From an uncultured virus (IMG/VR IMGVR_UViG_3300005294_000012) (lineage: Duplodnaviria; Heunggongvirae; Uroviricota; Caudoviricetes): 20,000 bases of DNA. The notes beneath the pieces were generated by a model, which worked only from the letters and a program-made list of their open reading frames with translations, did no database searches and was not told the origin of the DNA. Location of the stretch: IMG/VR virus record IMGVR_UViG_3300005294_000012; one strand, given 5' to 3'. Positions 8,224 through 16,321 of this stretch are shown one piece after another; position 1 is the stretch's first letter, and each line of letters opens with the position of its first letter. Made by a program: the position numbers and the translations under genes.

Positions 8224-8483
8224 CCTTCCGCCGCACCCCGTTCATCCCGTACGACACCTCCAGCTGGACCGCTAGCCCGGAGTGCATGGACGTCAGCTAC
8301 GCCGTCGCCCAAGAGCGCGCCCCCGAGGCTGGCGTCCCTCTCCGCCGCCCGACCGAGACCGACGAGGAGTACGCCGAGCGCAACGAGTCCGAGATCGAGA
8401 TGACTCCCTGGACCGAGAACGAGCCCGAGACCTACGCCGAGACCCTGGGCCTCGACGACTACGACGTGGTGAACGACCGATGA
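8220..8483 (+). CDS. Hypothetical acidic protein
   Basis: ATGA overlaps at both ends; Glu/Asp-rich C-terminus. Confidence 0.75.
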   Translation: MTFRRTPFIPYDTSSWTASPECMDVSYAVAQERAPEAGVPLRRPTETDEEYAERNESEIEMTPWTENEPETYAETLGLDDYDVVNDR

Positions 8484-8680
8484 AGCACTGGACCGAGGGC
8501 CGGATGAAGCTCCAGATGGTTGCGCTGGGGATGGCTGCGGTCCTTCTCGTCGTCACCATGGTTCCCGACGGCAAGCCCAGCATTATCGCCATCGTCTGCG
8601 CAGTCTCAGCACTCGTCAGCTGGGTCTCGAAACGCCTCTCCCTGTACGCCGAACTCCAAGACCAGGAGGACCAGTCATGA
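8480..8680 (+). CDS. Small two-TM membrane protein
   Basis: ATGA overlaps; two hydrophobic helices. Confidence 0.7.
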   Translation: MKHWTEGRMKLQMVALGMAAVLLVVTMVPDGKPSIIAIVCAVSALVSWVSKRLSLYAELQDQEDQS

Positions 8681-8880
8681 CCCCCGAACAGCTCTCCAAG
8701 ATCATCGCCGCATTCCCCAACGACTCCAAGCGCCATCACCACGCGCTGATCCGCCAGCTGGCGCAGCAGTGCTTGCAGTCAGGCTTCGAGGCCACCATGC
8801 TCAAGGCTCATGTTGATGGCCTCCGCGCCGAGTTGGCCAAGAAGCCTGTCCCGTTCAAGGCCGATTGCGACGCAGCATGA
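8677..8880 (+). CDS. Hypothetical protein
   Basis: AGGAGG SD and ATGA overlaps. Confidence 0.75.
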   Translation: MTPEQLSKIIAAFPNDSKRHHHALIRQLAQQCLQSGFEATMLKAHVDGLRAELAKKPVPFKADCDAA

Positions 8881-9077
8881 AGCCCTGCGAAGTCTGCGGC
8901 AGCGATCACTGGGCCATATCGGTCCAGTGTTTCGTCTGTGAGCACAAGGTCAAGCCGCCGACCCAAGCTCAGATCATGATGGCCCGTCTGCACATCCAGC
9001 TGCACGCCGCCGGCGACGAGGAGATCACCGAGGGGATGTGGGCCATCGCCGGCTTACCGCTCGAGGTGCACACATGA
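8877..9077 (+). CDS. Small zinc-ribbon protein
   Basis: CEVC...CFVC; ATGA overlaps. Confidence 0.7.
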   Translation: MKPCEVCGSDHWAISVQCFVCEHKVKPPTQAQIMMARLHIQLHAAGDEEITEGMWAIAGLPLEVHT

Positions 9078-9256
9078 GCTTTGAGGAGCAGATCAAGGAC
9101 CTGCGCGAAGGCTGCCCGTGCTGGACCAACGGCGCCCGCCTCGGCCACGAGGGCCACTGCTGTTTCCTGATCGATGACCGCGAAGGCAAGCCGATCAGCC
9201 AGTGCTGGCGTGAAACCGACGACATTTGCCACGTGCCGCCGAAGGTGAAGCGTTGA
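9074..9256 (+). CDS. Small Cys/His-rich protein
   Basis: GAGGT SD; CPC...HEGHCC...CH. Confidence 0.7.
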   Translation: MSFEEQIKDLREGCPCWTNGARLGHEGHCCFLIDDREGKPISQCWRETDDICHVPPKVKR

Positions 9257-9468
9257 AGCTCAGCAAGTCCTGCTCTCGGGGTTGGCACGGCAGATGCAGG
9301 GGCCTGATCTGGCCTCTCGGGCCCAAAGGCACCACGAACGTCCTGTGTCGCTGCACCTGCCACGAAGCGCATCCCACTACCGTGACCGAATGGCCACCCG
9401 AGAACGCTCCCCGCGAACCGTCAAAACTATCGACACCGAGCTGGCCCAAGCGGCCTACCGGCGGATGA
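9253..9468 (+). CDS. Small putative Zn-binding protein
   Basis: TTGA overlap start; C..GWH..C...CRCTCH. Confidence 0.6.
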   Translation: MKLSKSCSRGWHGRCRGLIWPLGPKGTTNVLCRCTCHEAHPTTVTEWPPENAPREPSKLSTPSWPKRPTGG

Positions 9469-9557
9469 TGCACGGCGACAACGAGATCTCGCGGCGCTCC
9501 AACATGAGCGCGATCGATGTTCTGTTGGATGAGCGTCTGCGCGTCGCCGGCCGATAG
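9390..9557 (+). CDS. Hypothetical protein
   Basis: Ends IDVLLDERL; overlaps the previous ORF by about 80 nt, so the start is uncertain. Confidence 0.55.
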   Translation: MATRERSPRTVKTIDTELAQAAYRRMMHGDNEISRRSNMSAIDVLLDERLRVAGR

Positions 9558-9619
9558 CTGAGAAATTCCCGATAGCTTTCGATCGGAATATTCCTCTCGG
9601 CTCTGTGAAAGGGCACCAC

Positions 9620-10732
9620 ATGAAGCGATCGGGGCGCTTACGGCGCGTCTTCGCAGGCTTCGCAGTGATGGGGATTCTCGGCGGCGGCATCACTGCGCTG
9701 ACCGAGACGCCAGCGTTCGCGGCATGGCCAGCGACCATCAAGATCTGTAACTCGACCTCCTCGGAAGACACCAACGGTGGCGGCACCGATGGCAAGAACA
9801 TCGACGTCGATCGGTTGCCAGGCAGCTCGTACGGCACCTACTCGAACGAGTTGCTGCCTGGCGACTGCACCGGGAACGTCAACGACCCGGCGAACGTCCG
9901 CATCGACGCGACCGACGACGGCGCGAACTACTCAGCCGCCGGCTCATTCCAGGTTGGAATCGACCAGGACGGCATCGACGACGGTCAAAGCACCTACGAC
10001 CCGGCATGCGCCAACACCGCCTCGATCAGCAATGAGAACGCCTACCCGGTGCCGCAGACCGCTGCGGAGCATGTCGTGGCCGGCTACGGCCTTGAGGTTC
10101 GCCTCCAGACTCGCACCTCGTGTGGTGCGGATGACCCGAACTTCGGGCGGATCTGCTCCGACTCTGGCAGCTACGACGACTTCGACGCTGAGGGCATCGG
10201 CACGAACACCTACAACAACAACCTGCCTCCAGGTGAGTGCACGGCGTTCTTCCCGGTCGCAGCTGCCGGAACCGAAGGCACCGAGAACGAGTACGAGGCC
10301 AACCGGATGCTCGCCGACCTGTCGGACGACAACTCGGCTGGTGAGACGGTGGCGTACAAGTGGAAGGACAACTACCAGCAGACCACTCTCACGCACTGCG
10401 AGCAGACCTTCTCCACGGAGCTGGGCGGCACATCTGGCACCGGCTGGGATGTACCAGTCCAGCACGACCCCACCACCGGCGCCCTGGTCGCCGGTAAGAC
10501 GGTGACGATTAAGACCTTCCTCGGCAATCAGGATCCTGACGAGGGAATCTGCGGTCTTGAGGCTCCGGTCGTGAGCTCGTTCGTGGACGAGAGCGCCTAC
10601 GGCAAGGCGACTGACACCGACTACGCGGAGGGCCAGGGCACTGACCCGGGAGACAGCCTCCCCACAGAGCAGGTGACGTGGCCATACCAGACCACGACCA
10701 CCGAGCCTCTCGGCGAACCGGATGGGAGCTAG
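9620..10732 (+). CDS. Secreted acidic protein with two tandem four-Cys domains
   Basis: GAAAGGG SD; signal peptide ending TPAFAA; internal repeat. Confidence 0.85.
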   Translation: MKRSGRLRRVFAGFAVMGILGGGITALTETPAFAAWPATIKICNSTSSEDTNGGGTDGKNIDVDRLPGSSYGTYSNELLPGDCTGNVNDPANVRIDATDDGANYSAAGSFQVGIDQDGIDDGQSTYDPACANTASISNENAYPVPQTAAEHVVAGYGLEVRLQTRTSCGADDPNFGRICSDSGSYDDFDAEGIGTNTYNNNLPPGECTAFFPVAAAGTEGTENEYEANRMLADLSDDNSAGETVAYKWKDNYQQTTLTHCEQTFSTELGGTSGTGWDVPVQHDPTTGALVAGKTVTIKTFLGNQDPDEGICGLEAPVVSSFVDESAYGKATDTDYAEGQGTDPGDSLPTEQVTWPYQTTTTEPLGEPDGS

Positions 10733-10735
10733 ATC

Positions 10736-11176
10736 ATGAATATCAAGAAGAGACTCCTCGCCCTGCTAGTGGCGATCCCGTTCTTGGCGATCATGATCAC
10801 CGGGATGACGGCGCCGGCAGCCTCGGCAGGCGACAACGCCTACACCGGCACGAAGTTCCTCTCGGTCGACTACGACATGATCAAGATGTGCCACAACTGG
10901 GCGACGAACACCTGTTCGAGCACCTCGGGCAACAAGAAGTTCATCTGGAAGAACAGCAGCTACTACCGTTGCACCAGCACCAACCTCAATGCGTGCGGGT
11001 CCAACGCCTTCAACTGGAACGACAGCGACGGGTTCTACCTGCCTTCCGGCTGGAAGGCTGCGACCAACGTCATGGGCATTCCGACAGGCTGGGTGCATTA
11101 CGGCCTGTGGGATGGCTACTGGAACAAGGTTGGCGACTGCGGGTGCTGGAAGTACATCAAGAGGTACCCGAAGTAG
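10736..11176 (+). CDS. Secreted Cys/Trp-rich protein
   Basis: Sec signal peptide ending PAASA; six Cys in the mature part; DSDGFYLPSG...GYWNKV. Confidence 0.85.
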   Translation: MNIKKRLLALLVAIPFLAIMITGMTAPAASAGDNAYTGTKFLSVDYDMIKMCHNWATNTCSSTSGNKKFIWKNSSYYRCTSTNLNACGSNAFNWNDSDGFYLPSGWKAATNVMGIPTGWVHYGLWDGYWNKVGDCGCWKYIKRYPK

Positions 11177-11707
11177 GTGAATAAGCGCCTCTGGCTCGTA
11201 GGGGTGGCGGCGGTCCTGTTGTCCGCCGTCACCGCCGTGCTCATCTACGTGAACGCATCCAAAGACGACGGTAAGTGGCGGCCCGATCAGGAGAACTGGC
11301 CGCCCGCGCAAATTTGGGGACAAGGTGAGGAAGGCAAGGATCTGCCTGCCGACTTCACCCCACCGAGGCCGCAGATCGAGGTGCTGTGGTCCGCCTATCG
11401 ACCCGGGTTCAAGAAAGAGATCGACCGGGCGGGAGACGCTGGGGACTGTGCGGCTCTCAACAGATACTTCGATGACGCCGCCGCTACCGACACTCAGGAC
11501 CGGCTAGCTCTAACCTACATCGACCGGTGGGGAATGCACTTGGAATGCCGCGAGTTCCTCGGGGACAGCGGTGACCCGTCCAAGCCCGTAGCTCCCGACG
11601 CCTACATGATCTGCGAACCGGAGGGCAAGAAGGCCCAGACCCCAGGTGGGACCAAAGTGGTCTGCAAGAAAGGCGCTGACGGCTCGCTCCGCTGGCAGAA
11701 GAGGTGA
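11177..11707 (+). CDS. Membrane-anchored extracellular protein
   Basis: N-terminal TM helix; C-terminal C.PEG...GG...VC...DGSLRW mini-domain. Confidence 0.8.
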   Translation: MNKRLWLVGVAAVLLSAVTAVLIYVNASKDDGKWRPDQENWPPAQIWGQGEEGKDLPADFTPPRPQIEVLWSAYRPGFKKEIDRAGDAGDCAALNRYFDDAAATDTQDRLALTYIDRWGMHLECREFLGDSGDPSKPVAPDAYMICEPEGKKAQTPGGTKVVCKKGADGSLRWQKR

Positions 11708-11717
11708 CGCAGATCAC

Positions 11718-11747
11718 TTGCCGCCTCAGCGTTACCACAGGTAACGT
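11718..11747 (+). promoter_or_regulatory. Candidate promoter overlapped by an operator-like inverted repeat
   Basis: TTGCCG-18nt-TAACGT; CGTTACC-aca-GGTAACG at 11730-11746. Confidence 0.45.
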
Positions 11748-11874
11748 GCTGTAACGGAAATGCGCACGGGGGAGCCGGCACTGTCGGCTGCATGGGGCGC
11801 CGCCTGTTGGGGGCGAGCTCGGGGGATGATTGGTGGGTCCGGCGATGTCAGGCCATGGCGCCGGACCCTTCCAA

Positions 11875-11947
11875 TCCTCGGTAGCTCAGCCGGCAGAGCG
11901 TCGGATTGTTAATCCGCAGGTCGCTGGTTCGAATCCAGCCCGGGGAG
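11875..11947 (+). tRNA. tRNA-Asn (GTT)
   Basis: Acceptor stem TCCTCGG/CCGGGGA; D arm GCTC/GAGC; anticodon loop TT-GTT-AA; T arm GCTGG-TTCGAAT-CCAGC; discriminator G; CCA not fully encoded (CCG). Confidence 0.95.
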
Positions 11948-11963
11948 CCGTAACCTGATCAGC

Positions 11964-12245
11964 ATGGCAACCTTCAACCCGCTCAAGTCGGCAGACAACG
12001 AGCCGGCGGAAGGCACCGAGTACGGCGGTCGGCCCGGATTCATCCAGCCCAAGTCTCTCGGCCACAACATCGACGCTCCTGATCATGTCGCCGAGAAGGT
12101 GGCGATCATCCACTTCGAGGCCTTCCATTCGGCCCAGGTGATGGAAGACCTGCCCCCGACTGACGAGCACTACGATGCCGTCCTGGAGCTCCAGACGTTG
12201 AGAGCCGCGCGACTCGGCGAGTACACGATCGAAGATGCGCTCTAG
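11964..12245 (+). CDS. Hypothetical protein
   Basis: 93-aa ORF just downstream of the tRNA with phage-like codon usage. Confidence 0.7.
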   Translation: MATFNPLKSADNEPAEGTEYGGRPGFIQPKSLGHNIDAPDHVAEKVAIIHFEAFHSAQVMEDLPPTDEHYDAVLELQTLRAARLGEYTIEDAL

Positions 12246-12292
12246 CTAGGTAAGCTCACCCGCGAGGCCATGATGGGGGAAAGGTCTCACGC

Positions 12293-14644
12293 ATGCCCAC
12301 GGTCAAGATGATCAACCCGGTGACCTTTGACGAGATCACCGTTGACGGCGGACAAGCCGATTACTGGGCCAACAAAGGCTGGGTCCAGATCCTCAACACT
12401 CCGGACGGGGTCTTCTGGGGTACCCCAGGGGCCAATCCGGTGGTCGCCCGCCCCTTGATCGAAAAGCTGCAGTCCGCCACCGAGTACGCGGCTGTGGCCG
12501 TGTTTGGCGACAACTCGGCGAACGCCAACACCGAGTGGTTCTTCCAGCTGATGCAGTGGCTGACGCTGAAATTCCCGGCCTACTCGGTCACCCATCTCAG
12601 CTGGAACGACACCCTGCAGTTCTGGGACAACCTCAGCCAGGCCGCTGGGATCAACTACCAGATGCAAACCGGTACCGCCGGCGACGCGTACGTCGATTTC
12701 ACCGGCGCCGGCACTCTGACCACCCCCAACGTTGCCGCACTGCAACTCACCGGCAGCCTGGACATCCGGGTCAAGGCCCGCGCCAACGACTGGACGCCGG
12801 CAGCCAACATGGTGCTCACCTCCAAGTACGGTGCCGCCGGCCAGCGCAGCTGGCGCTTCTACCTCTCCACAGCTGGCAATCTGATCCTGGAAGTCAGCAC
12901 CGACGGCACCGCGACAGCGGCAGCCACCTCCTCGGTAACCACCGGCCTCACAGACGGTACGGACAGCTGGGTCCGGGCCACTCTCGCGGCCTCCTCCGGA
13001 GCGGTGAACTTCTACCTCTCCACCGACGGTGTCACCTGGACACCACTCGGCACCCAGCAGACCATCGCCGGCTCCCCGCTGACGCTGTTCAACTCCACCC
13101 AGGCCCCCGAGGTCGGCGGGCGCGGTGGTGGCACCGAGCCGTGGTCCGGCCGGATCTACTACGTCGAATGGCGCTCCGGGCTGGACACCGCAGGCGAGCC
13201 CCGGCTGATCTTGGACCTGGACACCGCGATCGGTTCGGCAGCCGACATGTCCGGCGGCACCAACACGTTCAACGACTACGCAGGGCGAGTGTGGACGATC
13301 TCCACCTCGGCCCTGGTCTTCGGCGGAGCCCCCGGCATCGTGCTGTTCAACGGGTCCGGGCCGGCCACCGCGATCACCTACTCCAACGACGGCACCCGAG
13401 GCCCGAAGCAGCGCGCGATCATCGCCCCCGACATCGCCATGATCAACTACGGGCTGAGCGACGGTGGGCAGACCTACCGCACCGCGTACAAGCAGCTGGC
13501 CGACGCGTTCATCGCAGCCTGGGCCGACGTCGGCGTGGTGGCTGTGGTGCAGCCCCCGAAGGTGGCGCCGGCAACCTCTGTTCAGATCAAGCAGCACGCT
13601 GTCAGAAACCGTCAGATCGTCTCGCTCGCGCAGTCCCAGCGCTACGGTGTCATCGATGCTTTCTTGAGCTTCACCAAGGACCCGCGCGGCGCTGTCGCGT
13701 TGATGGACGGTACCGGGGTGATGCCCAACACTGACGGCTGGGCAGCCTGGCTGGATGCCGGGAAGCGTTTCTTCATCGACGTGATGGCCTCGGACTCGAT
13801 CTCTGAGCCGGCGATTAACGGCTTTCAGCCTTTCGTCTCGGTCAAGGTTGACAGGATCCTCGGTAGCGGCAACTGGAACAAGCCGGTCGGCGCCCGCGCC
13901 CACTATGTGGCCATCTTGGGCCCAGGCGCCGGCGGCGGCTCTGGCCGGCGAGGGGCAGCTGGCACCCAGTGTGGCGGTGGCGGTGGCGGTGGCGCCGGCG
14001 CCAAGGCCGTCTCCTGGTTCGCCTCCTCGAGCCTCACCGATGTGGTTGCTGTCAGCATCGGTACCGGTGGCGCCGGCGGTGCTGCGGTCACAGTCGACGA
14101 CACCGACGGCAACGCGGGATCCGCCGGATCCCAGTCGAGCGTCTTCGGGTCTTACCTGCTGGCAGCCAGGGGCCAGTCCGGCGGCGGAGGCGGCACAGCA
14201 GCTGCAGGCGGTGCTGCCGGGACCTCAGCCGGCTCTGTGGGTTCTGGCGGTGCTGGTGGTGCTTCAGGAGCTGGCGCTGCTGCCTCCTCGGCAGTGGCCG
14301 GGGCTGGCAACGGTGGCGGCGGTGGAGCCGGTATCACCTCCGGTGGCACGGCGAACACCGGTGGAGTGGCTTTCCCGCCGTGGGATGCCAACCAGACCTC
14401 GACCAGCGGCGGCGCAATCAACGGCTCCGGATCTGACGGTGTCGACCGGATCATCGGCGAGGCCCTCGGCGGTTACGGCGGAGGCGGTGGCGGATCTTCT
14501 GTCACCGGTCCTGGCGGAGCTGGTGGCAAGGGCGGCAAATACGGCGCAGCTGGTGGCGGCGGCGGAGCGTCTCGCAACGGCAACAACTCCGGTAAAGGCG
14601 GCGACGGTGCCGACGGCATCTGCGTCGTGGTATCGGTCTTCTAG
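12293..14644 (+). CDS. Probable minor tail/virion protein: SGNH-like fold with inserted LamG/concanavalin-like domain and Gly-rich C-terminus
   Basis: VAVFGD block, PDIAMINYG and GVMPN blocks; LDIRVKA...WVRATL...VNFYLS insert; GGGGGG-rich tail ending GGDGADGICVVVSVF. Confidence 0.8.
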   Translation: MPTVKMINPVTFDEITVDGGQADYWANKGWVQILNTPDGVFWGTPGANPVVARPLIEKLQSATEYAAVAVFGDNSANANTEWFFQLMQWLTLKFPAYSVTHLSWNDTLQFWDNLSQAAGINYQMQTGTAGDAYVDFTGAGTLTTPNVAALQLTGSLDIRVKARANDWTPAANMVLTSKYGAAGQRSWRFYLSTAGNLILEVSTDGTATAAATSSVTTGLTDGTDSWVRATLAASSGAVNFYLSTDGVTWTPLGTQQTIAGSPLTLFNSTQAPEVGGRGGGTEPWSGRIYYVEWRSGLDTAGEPRLILDLDTAIGSAADMSGGTNTFNDYAGRVWTISTSALVFGGAPGIVLFNGSGPATAITYSNDGTRGPKQRAIIAPDIAMINYGLSDGGQTYRTAYKQLADAFIAAWADVGVVAVVQPPKVAPATSVQIKQHAVRNRQIVSLAQSQRYGVIDAFLSFTKDPRGAVALMDGTGVMPNTDGWAAWLDAGKRFFIDVMASDSISEPAINGFQPFVSVKVDRILGSGNWNKPVGARAHYVAILGPGAGGGSGRRGAAGTQCGGGGGGGAGAKAVSWFASSSLTDVVAVSIGTGGAGGAAVTVDDTDGNAGSAGSQSSVFGSYLLAARGQSGGGGGTAAAGGAAGTSAGSVGSGGAGGASGAGAAASSAVAGAGNGGGGGAGITSGGTANTGGVAFPPWDANQTSTSGGAINGSGSDGVDRIIGEALGGYGGGGGGSSVTGPGGAGGKGGKYGAAGGGGGASRNGNNSGKGGDGADGICVVVSVF

Positions 14645-14653
14645 GGGGAGAGC

Positions 14654-14737
14654 ATGAACGGCAACGCTGTAATCGGGACCGTCATCGGAGTTCTGGTGAT
14701 CATCATCTTGGTCTTAGTGGTCTTGCGCCTGACATGA
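14654..14737 (+). CDS. Membrane micropeptide (27 aa)
   Basis: GGGGGAG SD; MNGNAVIGTVIGVLVIIILVLVVLRLT. Confidence 0.65.
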   Translation: MNGNAVIGTVIGVLVIIILVLVVLRLT

Positions 14738-14814
14738 GCGACGCGGCGGAGGCCGCAGTAGCGATCCTGATCGTCGTGATCATCGTGCTGATCTACACGC
14801 ATTGGGGTTCTTGA
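14734..14814 (+). CDS. Membrane micropeptide (26 aa)
   Basis: ATGA overlap; MSDAAEAAVAILIVVIIVLIYTHWGS. Confidence 0.55.
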   Translation: MSDAAEAAVAILIVVIIVLIYTHWGS

Positions 14815-14969
14815 CGAGGTTCGGTCGAGACCCTCATACTGGCCCGTAATTAGTAATTGCTCGACCAACGTAAGCGGCCTCGGAGTGAGGGACATCAGGC
14901 TAGCCTTCCCCTGCGAGCGAGTGCCGACCATCCTCCGAGGCCGAGACGACCCTACCGGAAAGACTGACC

Positions 14970-15428
14970 TTGCCTGAGACACCACGCATCACCAAAAAGA
15001 TGGCCGAAGATGCCGAGCAATGGGCCAACGGAACACCCGACTTCGAGGTCGGCGGGCTCTTCTTCTTCCCCGCCTCGGACGAGTGGGCCAATGAGCCCAA
15101 GTTCCTGCCGCTGACGAACCGGCACTTCGACCCCAAGAAGAACTTCGAGCTCACCTATGACGACCTGGCCGTAGCCATCAACGGCGCCTATACGCCGCAG
15201 CGATCCGCCGGCGGCAGCTTCGCGATCTTCCACAGCCACCCCTTTAGCTCCGGGACGCCCAGTCACAATGACGAGATGGGGATCAAGTTCATCGCCCAGG
15301 AAATGGCCGGCCACCCGTGGTGGGAGCCCACCGAGCGGCACATGATTTTCAGCCTCTGGGACCAGTCCTGGTGGTGGTACGACCTGCGGGCTTTTGGCCG
15401 TGTCGGCTGGCAGTGGCCCGATTCTTGA
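14970..15428 (+). CDS. JAB/MPN (Prok-JAB) metalloprotease
   Basis: EVGGL...FHSHP....PSHND, a complete JAMM motif; TTG start preceded by GGAAAG. Confidence 0.9.
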   Translation: MPETPRITKKMAEDAEQWANGTPDFEVGGLFFFPASDEWANEPKFLPLTNRHFDPKKNFELTYDDLAVAINGAYTPQRSAGGSFAIFHSHPFSSGTPSHNDEMGIKFIAQEMAGHPWWEPTERHMIFSLWDQSWWWYDLRAFGRVGWQWPDS

Positions 15429-15442
15429 TTACGATTCGAGCC

Positions 15443-16321
15443 GTGAAACTTCCCCTCAAGATCACCATGATGATCGTCTCAGCCCTGACCGTCACAGCCT
15501 TAGGAGCCCAAGCAGCAATGGCAGATCTCGCCGACCTCGTCCTGGTAGCGCATCGCGGACTTTCCGACGCAGCGCAGAACAAGTACGGCATTCCCGAGCA
15601 TTCGGCCAAGGCCTACAACTGGGCGCTCGGGCAGGGTGCTGAGGTGCTCGACTTCGACGTCCAGTACACCCGGGACGAGAAGCTGGTGATCATGCACAAC
15701 ACCTCGCTGAACGAGACGACTAACGTCTCCGACAGCAAGGCCCAATACGTCAAGAACTGGGACCTGGACGACATCAAGAAGCTGTGGCTCGAGCTGCCCC
15801 GCGACCTCGACGGCAACGGCAATGATGACAACACCGACCAGCACCCGCTGTCGCTGAGCCAGGGCCTCAACCTGGTGCAGCCGAGAACCTTCGACGGCCG
15901 TCCGGTGATGATCACCCTGGAGACCAAGGGCAGCTGGAGCCTGGACCGGATGAAGCGGCTGTACACCGTGATCAACGGCCGGGGCATGAGGGACCGGGTG
16001 ATCCTGCACTCGTTCAACCTGGACCACGTCAAGTGGGCCAAGACTGCCGGATTCCCATTGCGCGGCTATGTGGTCGATAGTGACGCCTCGGTGGCGCTGC
16101 CTTCGCCGGCGACGGTTAAGACCTACGCCACCTACGTGTTCGTGCCGCTCGCCAAGCTCACCGCAGCCAAGGCCGATGAGTACCGGGCAGCCGGGATTAA
16201 GGTCGCGGTCTGGACCCTGGACAACACCGGCGAGTACGACCAGGCGGTCCAGAAGAGCGCAGACATCTGGATCTGCAACGACATCGCCGAAGCCCAGGAG
16301 TACCTGGAGCAGGTTGCATGA
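15443..16321 (+). CDS. Glycerophosphodiester phosphodiesterase (GDPD) family protein with signal peptide
   Basis: AHRG, PEHS, DFDVQYTRD..LVIMH, LETK, SFN and VWTLD motifs; N-terminal MKLPLKITMMIVSALTVTALGAQAAMA. Start codon uncertain. Confidence 0.88.
   Translation: MKLPLKITMMIVSALTVTALGAQAAMADLADLVLVAHRGLSDAAQNKYGIPEHSAKAYNWALGQGAEVLDFDVQYTRDEKLVIMHNTSLNETTNVSDSKAQYVKNWDLDDIKKLWLELPRDLDGNGNDDNTDQHPLSLSQGLNLVQPRTFDGRPVMITLETKGSWSLDRMKRLYTVINGRGMRDRVILHSFNLDHVKWAKTAGFPLRGYVVDSDASVALPSPATVKTYATYVFVPLAKLTAAKADEYRAAGIKVAVWTLDNTGEYDQAVQKSADIWICNDIAEAQEYLEQVA

Noticed and set aside
11792..11884. 30-codon ORF in the pre-tRNA leader
   Set aside because: Poorly spaced SD, overlaps the tRNA, and runs through strong hairpins; non-coding is more likely.
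11875..11950. tRNA as an attachment site or pseudo-tRNA
   Set aside because: No integrase or duplicated 3' end is visible and both flanks are phage-like. The single anticodon-stem mismatch and unencoded CCA are compatible with a functional tRNA.
13920..14620. GGC/GGT-rich repetitive DNA
   Set aside because: Explained by the glycine-rich protein domain; not a repeat array.
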